A stretch of DNA of 46,435 nt from a virus. Location: positions 1-46,435 of the IMG/VR virus record IMGVR_UViG_3300045988_129965. One strand, 5' to 3'. The notes under the pieces were generated by a model. It saw nothing but the letters and a program-made list of their open reading frames with translations, was not told where the DNA came from and ran no database searches. Made by a program: the position numbers and the translations under genes. Below, one piece after another: positions 15,035 to 23,793 of the stretch; within the stretch, counting starts at the first letter, position 1; the number at the start of each line of letters is the position of its first letter.

Positions 15035-16042
15035 ATGGGTTATGACGTCAAAGTGAAGATCGACCTGGCCAAGCCTATTGGCGCGGTCGGCTTCGGCGTG
15101 CCGCTGATCCTCGTCGAGAACGCGAGCACGGCGATCCCCTACAAAGAGGTATCCAGCGTGGACGAGGCCGTCACCGCGGGCGTATCGGCCAACAGCGACG
15201 CCTACAAGGCCGTGCAGCTGCTGTTTGCGCAGACGCACGCGCCCAAGCGCATTGCGGTCTGCGGCGTTACTACGGACGCCAAGACCGCCCTGGCGGATGC
15301 TACGCTGACCGGCCGCGACTGGCGCCAGCTGATCGTGGTCAACGCCGGCGAAGCCGCCAGCGGCCTGTCCGACCTGATCACCGCCGTGGAGGCCCTGGAC
15401 GGCAAGCTGCTTTTTGCCAGCCTGGACACCGACGACTCCACGTCGATCACCGTCTCCGACGTGCGCCGCACCATCCTGTTCTACTGCGACGCGACCGAGG
15501 GCGTGCCTGTCCCTGCGGCTGCGCTGGTCGGCGAGACCGCCGGCCGTGCTGCGGGCAGCTTCACCTATAAAAACCTGACGCTCACCGGCCTGGCCGCTCA
15601 GCAGCTCACCGCTTCCGAGGTTGACGCGATCCACCGCAAGGGCGGCATCACGTTTGTGGCAAAGGCCGGCGATAACGTAACCAGCGAGGGCAAGGTGGCC
15701 GGCGGCGAGTACATCGATATCATCGACAGCGAGGACTACATCGTCCAGCAGCTGACGTACAAGACGCAGAAGGCCCTGAACAATGCCGCCAAGGTGCCCT
15801 ATGACAATAACGGCATCGCCCTGCTGGAAAGCGTGGCCGTGGACGTACTGCAGAATGCGTACATCAACGGCATGATCGTCACCAATGAGGACGGCACCCC
15901 CGGTTACAGCGTATTCTATGCCCTGCGCGAGGATACCAGCGAGACGGACCGTGCCAACCGCGTCTATCTGGGCGGCAGCTTCAGCTTTAAGCTGTCCGGC
16001 GCGATCCACACGGTCGAAATCACCGGCAGCATCACCGTGTAA
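15035..16042 (+). CDS. Tail sheath protein (short sheath family)
   Basis: 335 aa, followed by tube, chaperone and tape measure genes, with a baseplate J module downstream. Confidence 0.75.
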   Translation: MGYDVKVKIDLAKPIGAVGFGVPLILVENASTAIPYKEVSSVDEAVTAGVSANSDAYKAVQLLFAQTHAPKRIAVCGVTTDAKTALADATLTGRDWRQLIVVNAGEAASGLSDLITAVEALDGKLLFASLDTDDSTSITVSDVRRTILFYCDATEGVPVPAAALVGETAGRAAGSFTYKNLTLTGLAAQQLTASEVDAIHRKGGITFVAKAGDNVTSEGKVAGGEYIDIIDSEDYIVQQLTYKTQKALNNAAKVPYDNNGIALLESVAVDVLQNAYINGMIVTNEDGTPGYSVFYALREDTSETDRANRVYLGGSFSFKLSGAIHTVEITGSITV

Positions 16043-16056
16043 GGAGGTAAAACGAG

Positions 16057-16455
16057 ATGAATATTGCGACTTATGACGCGAAAGACACTTCTGTCGTCGT
16101 TGACGCGACCTATATCACGGGCCTTGGCGAGGACATGATCTCCGCCGAGAAGGACGAGGACTTTTTCTCGACCTCGGTCGGTGCGCAGGGCGATGTGGTG
16201 AAAAGCCAGATCAATAACTCCCTGGGCACTGTAACGGTCTACGTCCAGCCCACCAGCCCGCAGAAAACGTTCCTGATGGGTCTGGCCAAGCGCACCGAGC
16301 CCTTCCCCCTCTGGGCGATCAATAAGAAGCTCGGCGAACGCGTCGGCGGCACCAAGGCGAACCTGAAAACCTTCCCTGAAATCGCCCGCGGCGCTGAGGC
16401 GGAGGATATGGAGTTCGTGTTCCAGGTGTTCGATCTGACCGTCGAGGCGATCTGA
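16057..16455 (+). CDS. Tail tube protein
   Basis: 132 aa, located between the sheath and chaperone genes. Confidence 0.7.
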   Translation: MNIATYDAKDTSVVVDATYITGLGEDMISAEKDEDFFSTSVGAQGDVVKSQINNSLGTVTVYVQPTSPQKTFLMGLAKRTEPFPLWAINKKLGERVGGTKANLKTFPEIARGAEAEDMEFVFQVFDLTVEAI

Positions 16456-16526
16456 CACCCCGCGGCCGGGGGCTTCACCGCCTCCGGCCGCCATCTTAAT
16501 ACATAAAAATTTAGGAGGACAAAATC

Positions 16527-16841
16527 ATGGCAGCTAACAAATTCTATACGGTCAAAAAGACGATCGGCGGCAAGGAATACGTCGCTCAGTTCAGCGGTAT
16601 CTCTGCTGCGCTCCGCGCTGTCGATGCCAGCTACATCGAGGGCACGAACAACACCAGCATGGAAAAGCTGGCGGAGTATCTGTTCGACAACATCATCGTG
16701 GAGCCCAAGGGCCTGACTGTCGATGATTTTGAAAGCATGGACGAGTTCAACGAAGTGATCAAGTTTGCGAACGCGGTCATGAAGGGCGACTTTCGAGAAA
16801 AGGCTGACAAAGCGGCAGCTGAAAGAACGGGCAAGAAGTAA
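16527..16841 (+). CDS. Tail assembly chaperone (G-like)
   Basis: 104 aa, directly upstream of the tape measure gene. Confidence 0.75.
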   Translation: MAANKFYTVKKTIGGKEYVAQFSGISAALRAVDASYIEGTNNTSMEKLAEYLFDNIIVEPKGLTVDDFESMDEFNEVIKFANAVMKGDFREKADKAAAERTGKK

Positions 16842-16998
16842 CTGGGCCCTGTGGCGGCTTGTCTTGTCCGAGCGCGGCTTCGACTATCAGACGGTTTTCG
16901 GAAAGCCCTGTATGACGCCTCAGGATGTGAAGGAGGCAAACATTGCGCTCGATATGCAGCTTGAGGCGGAAAAACGTGCAGCGAAAAAGAAACGATAG
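16527..16998 (+). CDS. Tail assembly chaperone frameshift product (G-T-like; the extension is in the +1/-2 frame)
   Basis: The overlapping frame is open from 16783 to 16998 and encodes NWALWRLVLSERGFDYQTVFG..., with no start codon of its own. Confidence 0.6.
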
Positions 16999-17027
16999 GG
17001 GATCTTTCCCCTGTCGTTTTCTTTTTT
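16993..17027 (+). terminator. Strong hairpin plus T-rich tract between the chaperone and tape measure genes
   Basis: A 10-bp stem CGATAGGGGA/TCCCCTGTCG (one G-U pair) is followed by TTTTCTTTTTT. Confidence 0.5.
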
Positions 17028-17031
17028 GCAG

Positions 17032-20000
17032 ATGGGGGTGAATAATTTGGCGGTAGTACGTCAGGACGTCGTACAAATGGGGTTCGACGTCGATATGGCC
17101 GAGCTGGATAAGCTGCGGAGCTCGCTGGACGAAATCAAGGAAACCCTCACCGGGGGCCTGGGCAATGACACCTTTGATGACGTGATCAAGGACAGCAAAA
17201 AGGCCAGTGAGGGCATTGACGATATAAAAGAAAGCATTGACGATATCAAGCCGGACGGCATAGAGGATACCGTCAAGGGCCTGAAAAACACGGATACCAA
17301 GGCCGAGGATGCGCATGGGGCGCTTAAAAAGGTCGCGCAGACCAGCTTTGATAAAACTGTTTCAGGCCTTAAGAAAATGGCCGGGGCGCTGGGCACGGTG
17401 GCCAAGAAGGCCGCAAAGCTGGTGGCCAAGGGGCTGGTGGCCGGCGCCGCCGGCGTGGGCGCCCTGACCGCCATGGCCGTGAAAAACTACGCGGACTATG
17501 AGCAGCTGGTCGGCGGCGTCGAGACGCTTTTCAAGGACAGCGCCGGCACGGTGCAGCTTTATGCGGATAATGCGTACAAGTCCGCGGGCCTGTCGGCGAA
17601 CGACTACATGGAAACGGTCACGTCGTTCTCCGCAAGCCTGATCCAGTCCCTGGGCGGCAACACCGGGGCGGCGGCGGAGTACGCCAACATGGCCATCATT
17701 GATATGGCGGACAACGCCAACAAGATGGGCACCGACATGTCCAGCATCCAGGATGCGTATCAGGGCTTTGCCAAGCAAAACTATACGATGCTGGACAACC
17801 TCAAGCTCGGCTATGGCGGCACCAAGACCGAGATGGAGCGCCTGCTCAAGGACGCCACCGCGCTGTCCGGCGTCAAGTACGATATCAGCTCCTACGCGGA
17901 TATCGTGGCGGCCATCCATGTGATCCAGACCGAGCTGGGCGTCACGGGCACGACCAGCAAAGAGGCCAGCGAGACGATCAGCGGCTCCTTTAACGCGCTG
18001 AAATCCGCGTGGAGCAACACGATGACCAGCCTGATCCTGGGCGGCGACGACTTCGACCGCTGCGTCGATAACCTGATCGACTCGGCGAAAACCTTCGGCA
18101 AGAACGTCATGCCCGCGATCATCAAGGGCCTGAACGGCATGGGCGCGCTGATCACGGAGCTTGCGCCCATCGTTGAGCGCGAGCTGCCCGGCATCATCGA
18201 CACCCTGCTGCCTCCGCTGCTCAAGGCGGCGACCTCGCTGCTCAAGGGCATCATCAAGGCGCTGCCGAGCATCATCAGCACGCTGATCGACGAGCTGCCT
18301 ACCATCCTCAAGCAGGTCTGGTCCGCATTCAGTGACGCCTTCGGCGAGATTCCCGGCATGGCCAAGGCCGAGGCGTTTTTCAACAACCTGATCGGGTTTA
18401 TCCAGCGCAATGCTGACACCATCAAAAAGCTCGTTCCGGCCCTGCTTGGCCTGATCGTAGCGTTTAAGATGATCAAGAAAGTACAGGGCATCGCCGGTCT
18501 TTTCGGCGGTAAGGGTGGCAGCGGAGGCGGCATCTTCTCCTCCCTGACCAATCTCCAGCCCACGCAAGCGCTCAAGGGCATGGCCAACCTGGCCATCATT
18601 CTGGGCGGCCTGGCCGCGCTGGCCGCGGTGATCATGTGGGTGGCGCCCTATATGGCGCAGCTGTCCGATATCGGCTCCCTCGCCGAAGTGCTGCTTGCCA
18701 TCACGGCCGTTGGCCTGATCGGCACGGCCATGGCCACCCTGGCGGGCAAGGTGGGCCTTATCCCTGTTGCGACCGTATCCAAGGGCCTGGCCAACATCGC
18801 CATCGTGATGGTGGGCTTTGGCGCCCTGGCGGCGGTGCTCATGTGGCTGGCGCCGTACATCACGCAGCTGTCTGACATAAAAACCACACTTAAGCTGCTG
18901 GTCATAATCGCAGCTGTGGGCCTTGTAGGCTCCGCGCTCGCGGGCCTGGCGGGCCTTGTCGGCGCGATTCCGATCACGGCTGTACTGACGGGCCTGGCTA
19001 ACATTGCGCTGGCCCTGGGCGGCTTTACGGCCATCGTTACGGCCTTTGGCGCGCTGTCCACGATCGACGGCTTCAATGAGTTCCTGACCAAGGGCGGCGA
19101 AACGCTGGCCACGATCTGCGGCATCATCGGCAGGATGGCCGGCAGCATCATCGGCGGCATCGGCGAAGGGATCACCGATTCCCTGCCTGCCATCGGCGAT
19201 AACCTGTCGGCCTTTGCAACGTCGCTGCAGCCCATGTTTACCGTGTTCAGCGGCGTGGACACCGACTCGCTGTCCAGCTTTGCCACCTCGTTCGCGGCCT
19301 TTATCGCCGTGCTCGTGGGTGAAAAGCTCGTCAGCGTGATCACTGGCGGCATCGACTACGAGGGGCTGGGCGTCAAGCTGAGTGCCATGGCCACAGGCCT
19401 GAGCGGCTTTTTCAGCACGGTTATGACCTTCCCCGACGGCGGCTTTGAAAAGGCCACGGCGCTGTTTGACTGCCTGGCCGGTATCAAGGGCATGCCCAAA
19501 GAGGGCGGCGTCGTGGGCTGGTTCGAGGGCGAGGTTGACTACGCCAAGATGGCGACCGGCCTCATGCAGCTGGCCGGCACGACCGGATTCTTTACGGCGG
19601 TACAGGCGATCCCCGATGAAGCCTTTACCAAGGCCTCGGCCCTGTTTGACTGTCTGGCGGGCATTAAGAGCCTGCCGCAGGACGGCGGCGTCGTGGGCTG
19701 GTTTACGGGCGAGGTTGATTTTGCAAAGATCGCCTCGGGCGTCCAGACGCTTGCAAGCGAGGGCATGATCGCGGCGCTTACGGCCATTACAGCCATTCCC
19801 GCTGCGTCCTACGCCAGCCTGACCGCGCTGTTTGACGCCCTGGCCGGCGTGAAGCAGATGCCCAAGGAAGGCGGCATTACCGGCTGGTTCTCCGGCGATA
19901 ACTCGACGGGTCTTAGCAACGTATCCAGCCAGCTGCCGGGCGTGGCGACGAACATCGCATCCTTCTTCACCAACCTGGGCGGCCGGACGGACTTTTCGCC

Positions 20001-20838
20001 CATCAAGACGCTGTTTGACACGCTCAGCAGCATCAAGATCGACTCGGACGCGGCCGACAAGGGCTTCCTGGGGCTCGGTTCCAGTGAGCTGGAAAAGATG
20101 GGCACAGGACTGTCCAATTTCGCCACAAACGCCAAGACCTTCCTGGACGAGGTCAACAACCTGAACGTCGATAACCTGAAAACCTTCTTTGACAACCTGG
20201 GCAAGGCGGGCGAACTGCCGGACAAGCTGTCGGGCCTCAACGGCACGGTGGGCACGGAGCTGAGCAACCTCGTCACCACGGCCACGACCAAGATGGAGGA
20301 AATCAAAACCGCCATCAGCACGGGCATTGACTCGATCGTCGCCGTGTTCACGGACAGCGCCAGCGCCTTCCAGACGGCGGGCAGCGCCATGATGGTCGGC
20401 GTGCAGATCGGCATGGGCAGCAAACTCCCGCTGCTCATCCAGACCGCGCAGTTCATGGCTGAGGCCATCCAGAACGCCTTTGACGTTGAGCTCAAAATCA
20501 ACTCCCCCTCCAAGACCATGACGGAGAGCGGCGAGTTTGTCGGCCTGGGCGGCGTGATCGGCTTGCGCAACATGATTCCCAAGGCGGAAAGCGCGGCGCA
20601 GGACTTTGCCATCGCGTCCACACCGTTTAACGACTATACGCCCGAGGGCAGCGCGGAAACCGTCTATAACAGCCGGTCCGGCGACGTGACCAGCGTGGCC
20701 CCTGTGTTCAACCTGTCCATCAGCGGCACCAAGGACGACCGGGCGATGGCGCGCAAGGTAAAGCAGTTTGTGGCCGAAGCGATCCAGGAAACCTTCGAGA
20801 GCCTGGAGCGCAAGAGCACCGTGCTGCGGGAGGTGTAA
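17032..20838 (+). CDS. Tail tape measure protein
   Basis: About 1270 aa with multiple hydrophobic segments and internal repeats. The alternative start TTG 17047 has a GGGGGTG RBS. Confidence 0.9.
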   Translation: MGVNNLAVVRQDVVQMGFDVDMAELDKLRSSLDEIKETLTGGLGNDTFDDVIKDSKKASEGIDDIKESIDDIKPDGIEDTVKGLKNTDTKAEDAHGALKKVAQTSFDKTVSGLKKMAGALGTVAKKAAKLVAKGLVAGAAGVGALTAMAVKNYADYEQLVGGVETLFKDSAGTVQLYADNAYKSAGLSANDYMETVTSFSASLIQSLGGNTGAAAEYANMAIIDMADNANKMGTDMSSIQDAYQGFAKQNYTMLDNLKLGYGGTKTEMERLLKDATALSGVKYDISSYADIVAAIHVIQTELGVTGTTSKEASETISGSFNALKSAWSNTMTSLILGGDDFDRCVDNLIDSAKTFGKNVMPAIIKGLNGMGALITELAPIVERELPGIIDTLLPPLLKAATSLLKGIIKALPSIISTLIDELPTILKQVWSAFSDAFGEIPGMAKAEAFFNNLIGFIQRNADTIKKLVPALLGLIVAFKMIKKVQGIAGLFGGKGGSGGGIFSSLTNLQPTQALKGMANLAIILGGLAALAAVIMWVAPYMAQLSDIGSLAEVLLAITAVGLIGTAMATLAGKVGLIPVATVSKGLANIAIVMVGFGALAAVLMWLAPYITQLSDIKTTLKLLVIIAAVGLVGSALAGLAGLVGAIPITAVLTGLANIALALGGFTAIVTAFGALSTIDGFNEFLTKGGETLATICGIIGRMAGSIIGGIGEGITDSLPAIGDNLSAFATSLQPMFTVFSGVDTDSLSSFATSFAAFIAVLVGEKLVSVITGGIDYEGLGVKLSAMATGLSGFFSTVMTFPDGGFEKATALFDCLAGIKGMPKEGGVVGWFEGEVDYAKMATGLMQLAGTTGFFTAVQAIPDEAFTKASALFDCLAGIKSLPQDGGVVGWFTGEVDFAKIASGVQTLASEGMIAALTAITAIPAASYASLTALFDALAGVKQMPKEGGITGWFSGDNSTGLSNVSSQLPGVATNIASFFTNLGGRTDFSPIKTLFDTLSSIKIDSDAADKGFLGLGSSELEKMGTGLSNFATNAKTFLDEVNNLNVDNLKTFFDNLGKAGELPDKLSGLNGTVGTELSNLVTTATTKMEEIKTAISTGIDSIVAVFTDSASAFQTAGSAMMVGVQIGMGSKLPLLIQTAQFMAEAIQNAFDVELKINSPSKTMTESGEFVGLGGVIGLRNMIPKAESAAQDFAIASTPFNDYTPEGSAETVYNSRSGDVTSVAPVFNLSISGTKDDRAMARKVKQFVAEAIQETFESLERKSTVLREV

Positions 20839-20841
20839 CAC

Positions 20842-21765
20842 ATGGCGATTCTGAACGGACTATACATTCACGTAACCGATGAGAGCATGGAGCGGGAGGT
20901 GCAGGCCACCTCCCACCCCGTGGAGGAGGGCTTGCCCATTACGGACACCGTGAGGGTCAAGTCCCTCTCCATCTCGCTTTCCGGTAAGATCGTTGACTAC
21001 GGTAACAAAAAGGCGGCCGAGGTGCTGTCCACGTTGATCCGGTGGCACGAGGGCGGGACGCTCCTGTCCTATCAGGGGCGCAACGTCGCATCGAATATGC
21101 AGATTCGCGCCTTTGAGTCCTCCCACCCCAACACAAACAGCGGCGGCGCGGACTTTACGATGACGCTGGAGCATGTGCGCATTGCAAAAAGCGCCTACGT
21201 TCCCAAGAAAAGCGGCGACACCGCACGCAATAACACGGCCAAGGCCAACCCGGCCATCTCCGTCGGGGCCACCGTCGTTTTCAAGGGCGGCCCGGTGTAC
21301 GTGTCCTCCGACGCGAAGAAGGCAGCCGCCACGCGCGGCCGCAGCACCTGCAAGTGCACGATCATCAGTACGCAGGCCTGGTCCATCCACCCCTACCATC
21401 TGATATCGTCGGATGGCGGCAAGGTGTACGGCTGGGTGGATAAGGCAAACGTGGAGGCCGTACCGGCCACCAGCACAAGCGGCAAGACCAACGCCGGCAC
21501 GCAGCAGACCAAGAGCTCCAGCTCCAAGACCAACGCCGGCACGCAGCAGACCAAGAGCTCCAGCTCCAAGAGTACGGCGAGCACCGGCAAGGTCTACCCG
21601 GTCTATCACAAGGTCAAAAGCGGCGATACCGTCTACAGCATTGCCAGCAAGTACAAGTATCTGGGCAAAAGCGTCTCCTGGATCATCGACTGCAACTCCA
21701 GCGCGTTTACGGAATCCGGCGCGCTTAAGGTCGGTGCGTACATGATCGTGGGCTACAAGCAATAA
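20842..21765 (+). CDS. XkdP-like tail protein with a C-terminal LysM domain
   Basis: The C-terminal sequence YHKVKSGDTVYSIASKY... is LysM-like, and the gene follows the tape measure gene. Confidence 0.7.
   Translation: MAILNGLYIHVTDESMEREVQATSHPVEEGLPITDTVRVKSLSISLSGKIVDYGNKKAAEVLSTLIRWHEGGTLLSYQGRNVASNMQIRAFESSHPNTNSGGADFTMTLEHVRIAKSAYVPKKSGDTARNNTAKANPAISVGATVVFKGGPVYVSSDAKKAAATRGRSTCKCTIISTQAWSIHPYHLISSDGGKVYGWVDKANVEAVPATSTSGKTNAGTQQTKSSSSKTNAGTQQTKSSSSKSTASTGKVYPVYHKVKSGDTVYSIASKYKYLGKSVSWIIDCNSSAFTESGALKVGAYMIVGYKQ
21484..21570 (+). repeat. Perfect 42-bp tandem duplication (x2 plus 3 nt) in the linker of the LysM tail protein
   Basis: AAGACCAACGCCGGCACGCAGCAGACCAAGAGCTCCAGCTCC is repeated, encoding KTNAGTQQTKSSSS twice. 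Confidence 0.9.
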
Positions 21766-21780
21766 AAAGGGGGCGTTTTC

Positions 21781-22113
21781 ATGGAAGTACTGGAAATCAA
21801 AAAGGACCTGCTGCCCTATGAGTGCGCCATGCAGCTTGCGGGCGAAATGTTCACCCTGCGGTTTGACTATAACGCCATGGCCGAGCTGTTCACCGTGGAT
21901 CTGTACAAGGACGGCGAGCTGCTGTGCGCGGGCGAGCCCATCGTGTACGGCATCCCGCTATGGCAGGACGTATACAGGGCCGATACCTTCCCGGCCGTGA
22001 GCATCGTCCCGATGGACCCCAGCGGGGAATATGACCAGGTCACCTACGACAACCTGAGCAGCACCGTGCTGCTCGTGATCGATAACGGCGGGGAGGCTGA
22101 GACCAATGAGTGA
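21781..22113 (+). CDS. Hypothetical tail-module protein
   Basis: 110 aa; assignment is by gene order only. Confidence 0.45.
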   Translation: MEVLEIKKDLLPYECAMQLAGEMFTLRFDYNAMAELFTVDLYKDGELLCAGEPIVYGIPLWQDVYRADTFPAVSIVPMDPSGEYDQVTYDNLSSTVLLVIDNGGEAETNE

Positions 22114-23011
22114 CGCCTCCAAAGCCGTGATCCAGCAGGGCACATCCAAGGCGGCCTCCGCGCTGGTCAAGGCGTTTGAAACCTGGACGACACCCTACGA
22201 CATTAAGCCCGAGGGCGTGTTTGGCAGCACGGCCACCATCCGCAGCGGCGGCGTCACGCTGACCTCCGCGGCGCTGGACATCGAGTTTACCGTGCCCTTT
22301 GACGACGATATGGAGCCCAACGAGGCCGAGATCACCGTCTATAACCTGTCTGACAACACCATCAAGCAGCTTAAAAAGGGCAACGCCATCTCCATCGAGG
22401 CCGGGTACACAGGCGACACCGGCGTGCTGTTCCAGGGCTATATCACCAAGGTCTCCACCAAGCGCGACGAGGCCGACAAGATCACGATCATCTACGCCAT
22501 GGACGACGTAAAGGACCACAGCATCCAGAGCATCGCCTTTGCGGCCGGCACGACCGCCAGCACGATCCTCAAAACCCTGATCGGCATGACCGGGCTGCCG
22601 CTGGCCGTGTTCAGCCCCCGCCGGGATTATACCTACAAGGATTCGCAGACCGTGGACGGCGACCTGATGGAAAACATCAAAAAGTATGCCGCGGTCTGCG
22701 GCATCTCCGTGTATGTGAGCAAGGGCAAGATCTACGCCCGCTACATCACGGAGGGCGACAACATCAATTTTCACGTGTCCCCGGAAACCGGCATGATCGG
22801 CTCCCCCAGCGCCTATGAGGAGGAAGTCACCGCCGAGGACTTTAAGGACACCGTGAACGGCTACCGGGTGGAAATGACCCTGCAGCACCGCATGTGCGCG
22901 GGCGCCATCGTCGAGCTGGATGGCAAAGACGTGAGCGGCACCTACCGCGTATGCAGCGGCGAGCACCGCTTTTCCATTTACGAGTGCACAACAACTGTAA
23001 AAATGTTCTAA
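22106..23011 (+). CDS. XkdQ / late control D-like baseplate hub protein
   Basis: 301 aa. Its position and sequence style match the PBSX XkdQ-type family. Confidence 0.6.
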   Translation: MSDASKAVIQQGTSKAASALVKAFETWTTPYDIKPEGVFGSTATIRSGGVTLTSAALDIEFTVPFDDDMEPNEAEITVYNLSDNTIKQLKKGNAISIEAGYTGDTGVLFQGYITKVSTKRDEADKITIIYAMDDVKDHSIQSIAFAAGTTASTILKTLIGMTGLPLAVFSPRRDYTYKDSQTVDGDLMENIKKYAAVCGISVYVSKGKIYARYITEGDNINFHVSPETGMIGSPSAYEEEVTAEDFKDTVNGYRVEMTLQHRMCAGAIVELDGKDVSGTYRVCSGEHRFSIYECTTTVKMF

Positions 23012-23024
23012 GGGAGGTGAGGGC

Positions 23025-23435
23025 GTGGGAAATCTGTCCTTTGTCGATAACCTGGTCGAAAAAAAGCTCATGGACCTGCACTGCGGGTACATCGCCCGCG
23101 TGATCCGGACGGACGGCCGCACGGCGACCGTGCAGCCCCTGGGCCTGATGAAAAGCGCCGACAGCGCCTCCGCCCGGTCGCAGGCGGTCGTGGCCGACGT
23201 GCCGGTCGCCTGCCCGTATAAGCTCTCAACAAAAACCATCCGGTACACGGACGCATCGGGCAGCCCGGCCAGCCAGACGGTCGCGGTGCCCACCCCGATC
23301 GCCGCGGGCGATCTGGTGGCCTGCCTGTGCGCGGACCGCGACATCACCGAGGCCCGACGCGGCAACAACGACCTGCCCGTCGTCGGGCGGCACAGCATTT
23401 CCGACAGCATCATCGTCGGCATACTGGAGGGATAA
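23025..23435 (+). CDS. Baseplate spike/plug protein (XkdR / Gp138-N-like)
   Basis: 136 aa with a GTG start after GGGAGGTG. The motif GDLVACLCADRDI is spike-OB-like. Confidence 0.5.
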   Translation: MGNLSFVDNLVEKKLMDLHCGYIARVIRTDGRTATVQPLGLMKSADSASARSQAVVADVPVACPYKLSTKTIRYTDASGSPASQTVAVPTPIAAGDLVACLCADRDITEARRGNNDLPVVGRHSISDSIIVGILEG

Positions 23436-23436
23436 C

Positions 23437-23793
23437 ATGAACGGCTTTGCCATGGACGCCGCCGGCGATGTGCTGATCGAGAACGGCGATATCAGCATCA
23501 TTGCCGGCGACAGTTTACTGCAGCAAAAAATCCAGACGGTCCTGCACACCAACCTCGGGGAATGGTTCTTTGACTGGGATCAGGGCATCGATTTTGACAA
23601 CCTGCTGGGCAAGGGCATCACAGAGGAGCTGGTGCGCCATGAGATCCTGCGCGGCCTCGCCCAGGTGGACAGCACGCTTTCCATCACGGCGTTTACCTTC
23701 GAGGCCGACGAGAGAGATCGCAAGGCCCGCGTGACGTTCAAGGCGCAGACGTCCAGCGGGGATGAAGTAGGAGGCGAAATTACATGGGACTGA
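23437..23793 (+). CDS. Baseplate wedge protein (gpW/gp25-like, XkdS-like)
   Basis: 118 aa, lying before the baseplate J gene. Confidence 0.6.
   Translation: MNGFAMDAAGDVLIENGDISIIAGDSLLQQKIQTVLHTNLGEWFFDWDQGIDFDNLLGKGITEELVRHEILRGLAQVDSTLSITAFTFEADERDRKARVTFKAQTSSGDEVGGEITWD

Noticed and set aside
16462-16491. GC-rich 8-bp stem (GCGGCCGG/CCGGCCGC) after the tube gene considered as a terminator.
   Set aside because: It has a 14-nt loop and no downstream T-run. It may stabilise mRNA, but it is not a canonical intrinsic terminator.
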